A stretch of 64,000 nucleotides of DNA from the NCBI GenBank assembly GCA_000708835.1, contig DF237022.1, positions 1-64,000 of the forward strand. Direction: 5' to 3'. The notes below the pieces were generated by a model. It did no database searches. It was given only the letters and a program-made list of their open reading frames with translations, and was not told the DNA's origin. Source of the DNA: Klebsormidium nitens (Eukaryota > Plantae > Klebsormidiophyceae). Every line of letters starts with the position of its first letter. The first letter of the stretch is position 1. Both the position numbers and the translations under genes were made by a program. Of the stretch, positions 48,401 to 59,900 are shown piece after piece.

Positions 48401-51400
48401 AGCGGCGCACGATCAGAGAATATTCGAAGGGCATCGAGCGAACTCATATCGGAACCTCGCGCAGGTTCACAGATGCCCATCGTCCGTCTTCCAAGAGTAG
48501 ACAGAGCGGGGTCAAGGAGAATCAGTGATTTCAGGACCGGGGCCCAGGACGCGGTTGGAAGGGGTGACGTGGCGAGGTTTAGGGTTGACCGGGACCTTCT
48601 CATNNNNNNNNNNNNNNNNNNNNNNNNNNNNNNNNNNNNNNNNNNNNNNNNNNNNNNNNNNNNNNNNNNNNNNNNNNNNNNNNNNNNNNNNNNNNNNNNN
48701 NNNNNNNNNNNNNNNNNNNNNNNNNNNNNNNNNNNNNNNNNNNNNNNNNNNNNNNNNNNNNNNNNNNNNNNNNNNNNNNNNNNNNNNNNNNNNNNNNNNN
48801 NNNNNNNNNNNNNNNNNNNNNNNNNNNNNNNNNNNNNNNNNNNNNNNNNNNNNNNNNNNNNNNNNNNNNNNNNNNNNNNNNNNNNNNNNNNNNNNNNNNN
48901 NNNNNNNNNNNNNNNNNNNNNNNNNNNNNNNNNNNNNNNNNNNNNNNNNNNNNNNNNNNNNNNNNNNNNNNNNNNNNNNNNNNNNNNNNNNNNNNNNNNN
49001 NNNNNNNNNNNNNNNNNNNNNNNNNNNNNNNNNNNNNNNNNNNNNNNNNNNNNNNNNNNNNNNNNNNNNNNNNNNNNNNNNNNNNNNNNNNNNNNNNNNN
49101 NNNNNNNNNNNNNNNNNNNNNNNNNNNNNNNNNNNNNNNNNNNNNNNNNNNNNNNNNNNNNNNNNNNNCCTGATTGGCCGAATGGAGCCTCGCGCAGGGT
49201 TTTGCACCTAGACCTAAGCCACGTCACCCCTTCCAACAGCGTCCCCGGTCCCGGTCCTGAAATTACAAATTCTCCTTGACCCCGCTCAGACAGCACCCGT
49301 GCGACGTACGAAGTTCACGCCCTAACGGTTGGCTTCAAACAACCGCACGAACGTCCAGATCTTCGCTTACCCTGATCGCCGGTGGGATTCGGCGGAGTAG
49401 GCGGCAGAGGCTGTACCGGCCAGTCATTGGGGATCGGCGTAAAACTCCCTGCCTGGCAGACGGGTACTCCGTCCGGGCCAACGGGCCCGCACCCGGATAC
49501 CCCGGTGCAGCAGATGAACTGCTTTCCGCTATTGTAAAGGCAGCCGGGCGTCGAGAGACCACGACCATACAAGCCGCAGACCCCGGCTGCATGGAGTCGA
49601 AGCTTTGATCGTCAGCAATGATTATTCCGGAATCTATGATCAATAAGCTGCATGAAAAAAGAGGTCATTCCTCTAGGCTCTGGGCCGAAAGGAACTGCGA
49701 ACCTTTATCCAAAACCGCACTTGTACCCACCCTAACCCACCCCTAGCTACTCGCAAGCTAACCCTACCCGTCCCCTGGACGTGACTCTATTAATCATAAT
49801 TCACGGCGCGGTTTTCTGGTTTGGGTTGTCTGCTTCGCCTAGAACCACCCTGTGCATTCTGCCTTTCATGATCACGAGACAATCAATGCGAGTTCGTTGA
49901 TATTCACAGTGTAGAATCGAGATCCCGTCCCTTCGTGGAACGAACAGAATCCGGTTTTCGGCCCAATTCTTTGATTATAGAACCTTGTCAATTTTTTGCT
50001 CAGAACGGGAACCAGTCGTGGGGCCATACTTTTAGGGGGTGCCACTCAAATCAAGCGAGCGCCTGGCACTCATCTCCTCTTGAAAGCGTTTACGGAACGA
50101 GACATGCAAAGCCAGCAATTGGACGTAAAAAGCGAACTGTCTGAAGCCGTGTTGGAAAGAAGTGGTTACCCGACGGTTTGACTGGGGCGAACAAGCCGTA
50201 AAACTCTGTCAATAGCAGCCAAGCGGTCCCAGAACCAAGTGCCGGATAGTGCTTATTCACAACTTGGCTGGTAAACGTTTCCCTGTCATTGAGGATGAGT
50301 TAAACAACTAGAGCTGGGTGTTTTCAGAGTGCCTTACTTAGGAGGATCGCAAGCGGGCCCGTCACGCCGTTGAGGGTGGCAGTCACTCTTGGGGCCTCCT
50401 CGAAACTAGAGAGAGGGAGAAATTGTAGTCAGGAGACACAGTCCACAGCCAAGAAGCTCAACCGGACGTCCGAGGGTTTCTATGGAAGGTGGCTGGAAGT
50501 GGAAATGGTTTGCACGGTTCCTCCGAGGGATCAGGATCCGTCACTATTTATGAGTAAGGGGTCATTCTAGACGTTGTCTGTTCAAACACAACGAATGCCA
50601 AGCAGTGCAGGTTTGAGAAACCAGTCCAGTTGGTGCCTGCTCTTTCTGGACATTGATGTCTTATATGCCACCGAAAGTGGACTAGTAACAGAAGACTAAG
50701 ACTAGGATGCCCTGACACTTTCAGAATCTACTTGGCTGCCATCGCTCTTCAATTGAGCACTCCACTCCTCACTTCTCTTTGCAGCACCACCATTTCCCTG
50801 TTGAAGGTCATTTGGCAGAACTTTGGGTGGAGATCTTGGCATTCAAGGTCCAGAGCCGTTTCAAGCTTAGGGCCGTTTCACCTTGCTGCCAGATGCAGGT
50901 TCAGTGAGCTGAAGTTGTTGTATTTATGGAGAACTCTCAAAGGAACGTCAGAAAGTTGATCGGCCTCTCACTTCTGGAGGGCCTGCAGAATTTTCCAATT
51001 TAAGGCTGCCAGATTATTTGATTGTGGTCGAGGGGCTCACGTTTCAGAGCAGACTGGCCCAGTGCGCCCAGTGGGGCCACAATCGCACTGGAAAGCATAC
51101 TTGGTCCCTTGGTCGTCAGTCAGAGGCTGATTCGTATTGGGGTCCAGTCTATAGGAGCAAACGCCACCGTTCTGGCAAGGGTTGGGGTTGCATGCGTCTG
51201 AGCCTGCGCAGGGACACATCAAGCGCGCACATGTGTGAGTTGACACAAAATAAAGATTGCTGCCAAGTCAGCCTGGTTATCTGCAAAAATGGGTGCCCTT
51301 TTGAGCAGAAATTTCTTGGCAAGCCTGACAGGTTACTAGAGAGCGCGATAACCACAATTTCCTGCCACTTACCAGGCAAGTAGCAGACCCCAACGGGCTC

Positions 51401-52526
51401 TATGTATGGGAAGCCGATAACCACGGTACCCCGTTTGTAGGGAGGATTACAGGTAGTACAATCAGAAATCCTTCCAAAATCATTTTGGAAGATTCCGCAG
51501 GTGTTACCTGCAAGCCAAGAGCAGGCATTGCTTGTTAGAGAATGCGAAGGAAGACTGATGATTGTGTTTCAACGAGACTATTTGCAGAATACAGGAAGAA
51601 ACAAGGTAAAGCAAGTTTGACTGCTTTTCAAGTGCGATGGCAAAGGCACCTCAGACCACCTCCACATCTAGCCTTACCAAGAAGCAGTCGCAGATTAATG
51701 TAACTATTTTTGCAGCTTAGACAAACACGGCCTTGTGAGGGCCAAAATAGATAGAGTCAAAGGTCTGCATGGTGCTGAGTATAGGCATTTGTGTCTGCGA
51801 AGTTCCATCCCTGCAATACCTTCACCAGCTAAAACTTCATACCTCAGTTTGGAGATATGCTGGTATGACACAAGCGGGTTAAGGTTGGCTTCCTCATTTC
51901 GCTAAGGCAATGAAGTGAACCATTAATATCCACTCACCATAACCACAAGGGTTAATGTAACAGGGGTCGGTTGTGCAAGTGTACCTTTGAAAGGGCAAAG
52001 AGAAAAAGTTAGTAGGTTGTTCAGACCTGCACACATTGCATGGCATCATCTCAAGCTGATAGTGGTGGTGCGTTTGACAAGTTCGGAGTTTGCTTTTCTT
52101 GGAGAGTGATTAGAAGTTTGCTCAGAGGCTAGCCAGTCAAAAGCATTTATGAAAATGTCTTGAATCAGGGGCCTGGGGGTGAGGCCAGTTGCTCAAAACA
52201 AGCTAGACTCATTGCGCTTGAAAGTACTTCAAAGCCCATGGAAATATCCTGGAGACACCGGAGGGTGAAATCTTGCAATTCCATTCAAATGCACCAGGTC
52301 AATTGTGCAGAAGAAGAGTGAAATTGAGACCCTGCAGCTGAATGACAGATAAAATCACGTTTGCTTCCATGAGCGCTTACGTCGGGGAATTACGCGCAGC
52401 TTGCACCAGATACCCGGGAGGGCATGACAGCGACAAACCAGAAGACTGCCCCTGGGCAGGCTGGGCCCCATACAGTGCGAGCAATGCAACCAGCACAAAC
52501 ACCACGTTGGGCCTGAAAGCCGCCAT
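45425..52526 (-). CDS. Secreted protein: signal peptide, one EGF-like domain, linker, four copies of an unrecognised 6-Cys domain separated by Pro/Ser/Thr linkers. Exons 52526-52439, 51203-51041, 50405-50338, 49586-49371, 48101-47877, 47398-47186, 45600-45425
   Basis: The signal peptide is MAAFRPNVVFVLVALLALYGAQPAQG. The EGF domain is CNPNPCQNGGVC...FQCDCGPTGRTGPVC. The repeats read GVCG..RC(F/Y/W)FN.DPQGRYVCCD..GC.GFN..N..PRCK.NG(F/Y)VPP. All junctions are phase-consistent. The N gap lies in one intron and could hide more exons. Confidence 0.82.
48504..49287. mobile_element. MITE-like/foldback insertion with about 70-bp imperfect terminal inverted repeats and a 5-bp target-site duplication; interior is mostly the N gap
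   Basis: Left 48504-48573 (GAGCGGGGTCAAGGAGAAT...GGAAGGGGTGACGTGGC) is the reverse complement of 49218-49287 with 7 mismatches in 70. AGACA flanks both ends (48499-48503 and 49288-49292). Confidence 0.75.
48604..49168. other. Assembly gap (N run)
   Basis: Continuous N bases. Confidence 1.
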
Positions 52527-53966
52527 CGCGCCAACAGCTGCAACAAAGCTAGCTGCTGAAAAAGGATGCCTTGTGCAGGGAGAAACACGAAAGGAGCCTT
52601 GTGATTGCGAGGGAGCTGAAGTTGCAATTTTGCTAGCTCTGGCTCTCTGGTGGCGTGCAGCGGTTCGTCCTTGCTGCTGCTATTGTGAACCAAGCATAGC
52701 TTGTTCCGGTTCGAGAGGGCCGGGTCATTGACAGCAAAGTGGACTCCACAAAGCAGAAAGACCTTGGCGATGGCCAACGAGAGCCATTGGCATCAGTGCA
52801 TCATGCAGGGCAGACTCCAGACTCCAGAGTGTGGCACCAGTTATACCTAGATACTGTTTATAGGAGTACCTAAGTAATATAGGCTATCGTCATCTGGACT
52901 TCAACAACGACAACATGTGATCATTGTGATGGCAGGGCCGGGCGACAGGTCACAGAACGGTACCATGCATAGGTAGTACATACCGACTGGCGGAGACCGG
53001 GGATGCTGCCTGATGCAGGACCGGCTCATGGACACGTTTGCGTCTTTGCGATTTCAGGGGCAATCTGTTCGAAAATTTGTGCAGAAATGGCCGTGACAAC
53101 GCATTTGCCTGGGGATATGTGAATAGGCTCCGGAAAGAGGGCCCAAGGGACTATTCCCCGGGCGCTTGGAAAATGGAAGTCGGGCGAACCGGGCCTCAAT
53201 TTAGGGCTGAATTGTGCCCGGTTGATGGGCCGGCGACTGCTTTTGTATATTATGTTGGATCGACTCTAGGCAGTTGCCGGGCCACAAGCTCGGCCCGGTA
53301 CTTTCCTGCTTCAACTTGAGAATGCACTGTCAAGTTGAAGCGACATGTCGCAACTGAATATGCTTGTGCTTGAGAATGGCGCTAGAATGGCGCAGGTTTG
53401 ACATACAAGGGGATTTGAAGATAGTTGTCGCGGTAATGATGGTGGCTATAATAGGTGGTTTGACGATCATGTGGATAGCGTGAGGGAGTTGTGTGATGAT
53501 AGTTCAGGCATATGTTGAAGGTGGTGTGGCGGTACCGACGCGTGCAGTCGCGGCACGTCCTGTTGTGAATCATTTGCTTGGATTGACGTGGCTGCAAAGC
53601 GGATGTGGTGCTAGCTCATTGTGTCGCAATAGTTCGTCGCACGGCGCCCAAGCACACTAGTGATGGGCTGACAACTCCAATCAATCGGCATACCTAATAG
53701 TCTGCGCCTTCATGCAACCCCCGATTCATCGAAGCTGATTTACCACACAGTTATCAGTCCGAACTTACTTTCTTGCTTCGAATCCCTGTAATGTACATGA
53801 ATCGTCTCTTGGATAGGTGGACATCTAGTCCTTGTCCGTGTCCAATCCTTCACTTCTTAACCGCTTTCGCTCGCGAAGTATGCTACACAAGCACATCTGA
53901 TATCACAGTGCGTTAATGACTTCAGCTGACCCCATCGTCGTAATTCCTTGCAACGATTTAGTAGCC

Positions 53967-56900
53967 TCAAGTATGAGGCGGCGGGCCCCCGCCAGGGCCC
54001 GTCGACCGGATTGGCGCGATCTCGTCTTGATGGACGAAAAAGCTGGCACCGATTATGAGGTAGCAAAAGACGAGCAAGAGCCCCTTGAGCCAGTTCGACG
54101 TCCCATCCTGCAAAAGGGCGCGGACAGTGTTTTGACGGATCTTGCCCGGTACCCACTTTCGGACCCCTTAAAACTTTTAAAACCGGCGGGGCTGCCGCCC
54201 TCCCGATTTTCCCCCGACTTTTCCTCTTTGGGCCTTTATTTCGTTGCATGTGATTGGTTGATGACTTGACAGATTCGGCGATAGACCTAGCTCAAGCGTG
54301 TGTTCAGGCTTTGAATGCAGTCCAGACTGAGAGCTGAGCGCTTAACCTGCAAGCTGTTGCACTAACCGCACGAAGCCTCGATTCGCAGCACTCGTACTTG
54401 AACAGCAGAAGTCAAGAGCACCGTATCTAGACCCCGCAACCGCGGAAGCAGGTCGAAACTACCCGTCGGACGGTTTAAAGCACGGAATCCTGGCCCGCTC
54501 AGATCCACAAGCAAATTCGCTCGATTACAGACTATGTAAGCAAGTACTGTATCTTCATCTGGAGCCGAGAGACGATGACCAGCACTCAGACTCATAGACT
54601 ACCCTTTTCGAGCCCAAAGCCTCGAAGCTTTCAGGAGTTGGAATGAGTAGAGTCTTAGATTTACGATCTCTGCAAACGAGGTAATAACTAGAGCGGGGAG
54701 AGAACGCCCAGCAGCATGACTAAAGCGTTGCTTGGAAGCCTCGAGACTTTTCAGCTTCTATGCCAATGCTTGAGCGTGAAAGCAGAGGCAAAAACAACAG
54801 AACTTTCAGACGCGCAGGTAGGTGACCAGATTTCAGTCCATGCAATGAGAGCGTAAAGCTTCACACCCATGCAATGCACCCATCCTGCTTTCTCTGCTTC
54901 CGTTACCCTCAGTTTACTCAGAAGCATGAAGTCTCTCTCCAAGCAACGAATCCTTCGAAGTTGTCGAACGTACGACGTCCGAAGTTTGTGCAGATACAGA
55001 TTTTCATGACATCTGAACCCCGTGGCATCCTAAGAATCCTACAACACTGAATAGGTGAACTTCTGGTTTGCGAAACCCCGAGAGGGTTACCTGGAGCAAA
55101 AACACAGCGACCAGCAGAGTGACGAAGAGCTGTGCTGAGTTATTCTGGGGACTTTGGGGTATTTAGCGAACCCTCGAACCATTTAACTTTACATGCTTAC
55201 AGAAAACCGTATCGTCCAAAAGCTTGGAGATCCTGAATGCCTGGAACTCTTGTCACAAAAACCTCAAGAGGCTTTCCTCGAGCAAGAAGACGATGACGAA
55301 CAACACCGTCATGAAGAGCGTTGTAAGAAGTCTTGGAGCTTTTGAACCTCTGAGGCTAAAGACCCTAAAACCTTGAACCCTAACGATGATTGGAATACTA
55401 ACCTGGAGCAGGAAAACGACGACTAAGACCGTGATGAAGAGCGTCGCCGTTTCGAAGACGTGGAAGTTGAGGTCCAAAGGCTTCCCCAGAATCCAGCCGA
55501 GCACCACGCAGAAAGGCGTCTGCAAAACGAGCAGTTTCGAGAGTCATCGCCGCTATCGCGTTTCTAATTCACAATCCTCCACAATTGAAAACCCGCAGGG
55601 GCCCGGTCCTTGCTTTTTAAAGTTTTCTCGAAATTCTACCCGCTTCTGTCGACTTTCTACCTGCTTATGTCGGCTTTCTACCTGCTTATGTCAATCCTTA
55701 TCCAATTAAAAAGACGTTCGTCCTCTCGCATGTGCTCTCGTCTGGTGCGTACACGGCAAGAGGTTCAATCCATCCTCTCGACGGGAAACAAATTCTCTGT
55801 GACTCGATCACCGATAACAAAAGAAGGTACGCAGGGTCCTAAGTCCGAGAGTCGGATCCGGAATCCAAGCAACGGACGAGAGCAGCGACTTATTTTCTTG
55901 TTCTGTCTCAAAAACTGTGCTTCATAGCTCGCCGACTCCGCGAACGATCTGATCTTTCTCCGTACTTGTTTGCCAAAGGCAATGTAAACTGTTAGATCGG
56001 CAGGACTTGTAAGTACTTCGCGCTTATGCATAGATAGTCAGCCTTCAAAACCACTTTTTCACTTTCTCCGACAACCAATCACTAGCCTCGTACCGCTTGA
56101 AGCCCTGGACAGAAGTTGCACAGGTAAACGACCAAAATGCGGAGGCAGAAACTCCAAAAGAGTCTGATTTATTCAAGATAAATCTTGAGACTTCCAAACA
56201 GCCGCTGCAACAGGTGGAAACTAGAAAGGGGAGCAAACGCAGCGCAAGAGCTCACCACAAACATGGCGATCTGAGTGGACGACCCAATCGCGACACCCAG
56301 CGTTATGTCCTGCAAAGTTGTGATGACGTCAGCATATTCCACATCGACGATGGGCTTAGGCCGTAGTTGACATAATCATCTAGAAACGTACGTCCGACCG
56401 TCAACTTCGATCCCACGAGATGTACGTCTGAAGAGAACAACAGGTGACTGAGCGAATACGTCCGATGTTGGGGCGAAGGGCTGACTAACGTCTCTGATTT
56501 GTCGCTGTGTATCAGTAACTAGATACGATACAACCAGCCAGCAAACGGAAGCTGAGTAGGACGCTCGCAAGATCTTTGCCTGCTTCCCAGTCTTGCTCTT
56601 ACAAGGAGTCCAGGTGTCCATCATCCTGCATTCTTGGGAATAATCGCAGGCTTTATCACCCAAGTATCGTTCCCGGTGGGCTTTTCTGACCAACGCCGCT
56701 GTGCAACTCTGAGAAACAGTTTTTGACTTCCCGTATGAAGTAAGCAAAAAGCAGGAATTGACAAATTCGTTCCGCAACACCGCAGACGCATGCTCCGGCG
56801 CGCTCCCCAACCAATTCGCAGATGAGATTTTCGAGAAAGCGAAGCATTCGTCAGCAGGTAGATACAAGTACCCGCAAAGAATGCTTAGGAGACCTTACCA

Positions 56901-59900
56901 AGCAGTTCCGCCATGCAGATATGACCGCCAACGCATGCTCCGCCGCGTTCCCCAAATGATAGGCAAATCTTTTGCAGAAGGATTCTCCAAGAAACGAAAG
57001 CATTCGTCAGAAGACTAATATAGGTACCCGGGAAATGTGCTGGAAGGAGTACTTACCAACCGGTTTCGCTACGCAAACATGACGGCCGACGCGTGCTCCG
57101 CCGCGTTCCCCACAATCGGCGAACACGACCTCAGAAAACTCCCAAATATAATCGCAAAGAAAAACAGATTTCGGCATGTCCTCGCCAGATAAAACACTTA
57201 CCAACCGGTTCTGCCACGCAAACATGACGGCCGACGCATGCTCCGCCGCGTTCCCCACGATCGGCAACACGATCACGCTGATAAACGCGACCGACACATT
57301 CCACGCCTGCGCCGCCCCTTGCAGGGTCGCCACTAACCGGTCCGACAGAATCGCGATCAGCACGGTTACCGCCGCTAACCACGCGACCGAGTTCCAGAAA
57401 CCTAAAACCGACTCCTCCCCCTCCTCCTCCTCTTTGCTGACGTCATCAGTGGCCGCTGCCAGGCTGATGACGTTACTCAGGGCGGGGAGAGGTTTTCCGT
57501 GAGGGCAGCAGAGGGCGCAACCCGGGTTAGGGTTCGGGTCAACGGCCGGGTTATCGGCGGGTTTCGGTGGGTTATCTCGGTAGGGATCCGTTCGCTCGTG
57601 GCCTTCCGGTGACCCCAGTGCCGTCACGTGTCCACTCGAAGGTGATTCTTCGACCGACGGCTGGGGGAATGCCACGTGTCCATTTTCGTGCCCGTTGAAA
57701 AGGCGCCCCTCCGAAAGTTCGATTTGCGCCGCTTGACCGCCACACTCGGAGGCGTCCAAGTATAGGTCGCTGTGGCTTTTGAGCTGAAAGTATAAGTACG
57801 CGCCATAGGCTATGAGCATAAGCAGGCTGGTGAAGCGGGAGAGGAACAGCTCGGAGGTGCCGTCGCGCAGCTCGGTGTGCGTGGCGTATAAGACGGCAGG
57901 CAATAGCATCCCCATCACGGCCATAAGCAGGAGGCCCGAGTTGACCAGAGCGGCAGTCTGCACAAAAGCCGGCAATACTTTTTAGAGGGTTCCAAGGGGT
58001 TTTGTGGGGGTTGAGGGGCTTTATAGAATTTATAGAACTGATGCAAGATACGAACACTTAGCGGAACACTTGGCGGAAAACGTAAAAAGCTTCCCAGCCA
58101 ACGGGTTGTGTGCGAAAGCAAGATTAGACAAGGTCGCTTTGGGTGGCGTATAAGACGGCGGGCAAAAGCATCCCCATCACGGCCATAAGCAGGAGGCCGG
58201 AGTTAACCAGAGCCGCGGTCTTCAGGAAAACAGGCGAGATTTGTGAGGGGTCTAAAGAAAATATCTTGCGAGGCTGCAAGGGGCTCCTTGTAGGATATAA
58301 ACATTCGCCTCAGATTCGAGGATCTCCCAAGAGGATCACGGCCATAAGCGGGAGCCCCGAATTGATCAGAGCGCCGTCTGCAATTATAAGGTTACAAGAT
58401 TTAGAAAGTGGGCTTGTCAGTTGAGCCGAGCTCGGGTCGCGTCGACATGTCCGACTTGCCTGTAACTTCGTACGCATCAGGTTTGGGAAGTAAAGCTAGG
58501 AAGCATTATACTTCAAACTGGAACGAACTCAACCTATCCTGGGCTGAGTCTTTAAAAGGATTAGAGGGTAAGATACGTAAAGCGCAGGTCGTGTGTACGA
58601 CTATGGGCTCATCACGGCCAATAAAGCAGGAGGCTTGTGTTGATCAGAGCGACAGTTTGCAGAGCAAGAAAGCAGAGTTAGAGCTCTCTAGTACTTGCAC
58701 AACAGAAACACTTGGCGGTGCATGTAAAAGAGCCCGTGATTACAGCATATGCTGAAACCTCGGATTCTTCAGTTTGTTGTGCGGCGTGCATAAAGAAGCG
58801 CTTGTCAAAGCCACAAGGGGCTGAACGCACAACAACAACCAACAAGCTACCAGAGAAAGGCACCGTAATATGCGACGCTGATCACGTGTTCCGATGTATT
58901 CTTTTTTACTTGTGGAGTTTATCCTCTCACGAGATTGTTGCTTGTGCCGTAAGCAGAACAGGAACTCGAAACGTGACCGTTCAACGGGAGTGCACGCCTT
59001 CGGACAACGACTTGGCGAAATAGAAAACCAAAAACATGGAAGGCCGAAAGAAGCAGAGGAAAAAGGGTACTGAATGACAAACGAACCGGGGAAACAGGCC
59101 AGTCTGACCTGGTTGAAGCGTTGCACTTTAATGAGGCAACCCCCCAGGAAGAAGGACGTTCCCAGAACCAGCAGCATGTTGGATAAGATGGACCCAAGGA
59201 GGGACAGTTGGACCACTCTTAGGAGACCCCCCCTCAGCGCGAAAACGGCGACGATCACTTCGGTGGCGTTGCCAAAGGTGGCGTTCATCAGGCCCCCAAC
59301 TGCAGAGGGCAGAGGAATATCACAAAGACGCAGATTTAGAAAAGTAAAGGGGGTTTTGGGGTTCACGGTTCGGTAACAAGGGTTGGAAAGAGTGACTAGG
59401 ATCTCCATATTTCAACTTGGCTGGAGGCATGTACCCAGTCTCTTGACCCGTTTACACCACAAAGAAGTCTCCTGATCTACTGCGACCAACAACTGAATTG
59501 TCTCTCCTCATGACCAGCAGTCTGGGGTCACTGTTGGAAAGACATTTAGTAGTGGGTAGGCCTACTCAGATTGGGTGCTCGGCGCCGTGTGTTTGTTTGT
59601 CAGAAACCTGACAGTCTGTATGGATCCATTCCGCCGCTGACAGCTTTATATCGTCGGGCTTGACGAGAAAGTCAAGCAACGGACACAGAATTTCAAATCT
59701 GGAGTAATAGTCAGTTTTCAAACTTTTCTCAGGCCCATTGTGGGGCAGTTTGCATGGAGATCCCATGAGTTCCCGCATTCGACATTCCCAGCAAGCTTCG
59801 GACAATTGACTCATCTAACTATTTCCCAAGCAAGCAACCAATGAAGTGCCCCCAGGAATCAAAGCCAGATTTACGAAGACAATGGGCCCAGGCATTTTAG

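Noticed and set aside
48391-49296. Long ORFs (228-301 aa) spanning the N run
   Set aside because: They are artefacts of translating through Ns.
53382-53597. His/Thr/Tyr-rich ORF with RTCRDC
   Set aside because: Low-complexity GTG/GAT-rich intergenic sequence with no gag, RT or other domain evidence.
54362-54595. 77-aa ORF with a faint metallo-beta-lactamase-like 'LLVD...LDTVLLTS' look
   Set aside because: It lies inside the last CAX intron, lacks the HxHxDH motif, and has no supporting exon chain.
54875-54890. GCAG|GATGGG as an echo of the last CAX exon
   Set aside because: Only a 10-nt match, about 770 bp away, which is consistent with chance.
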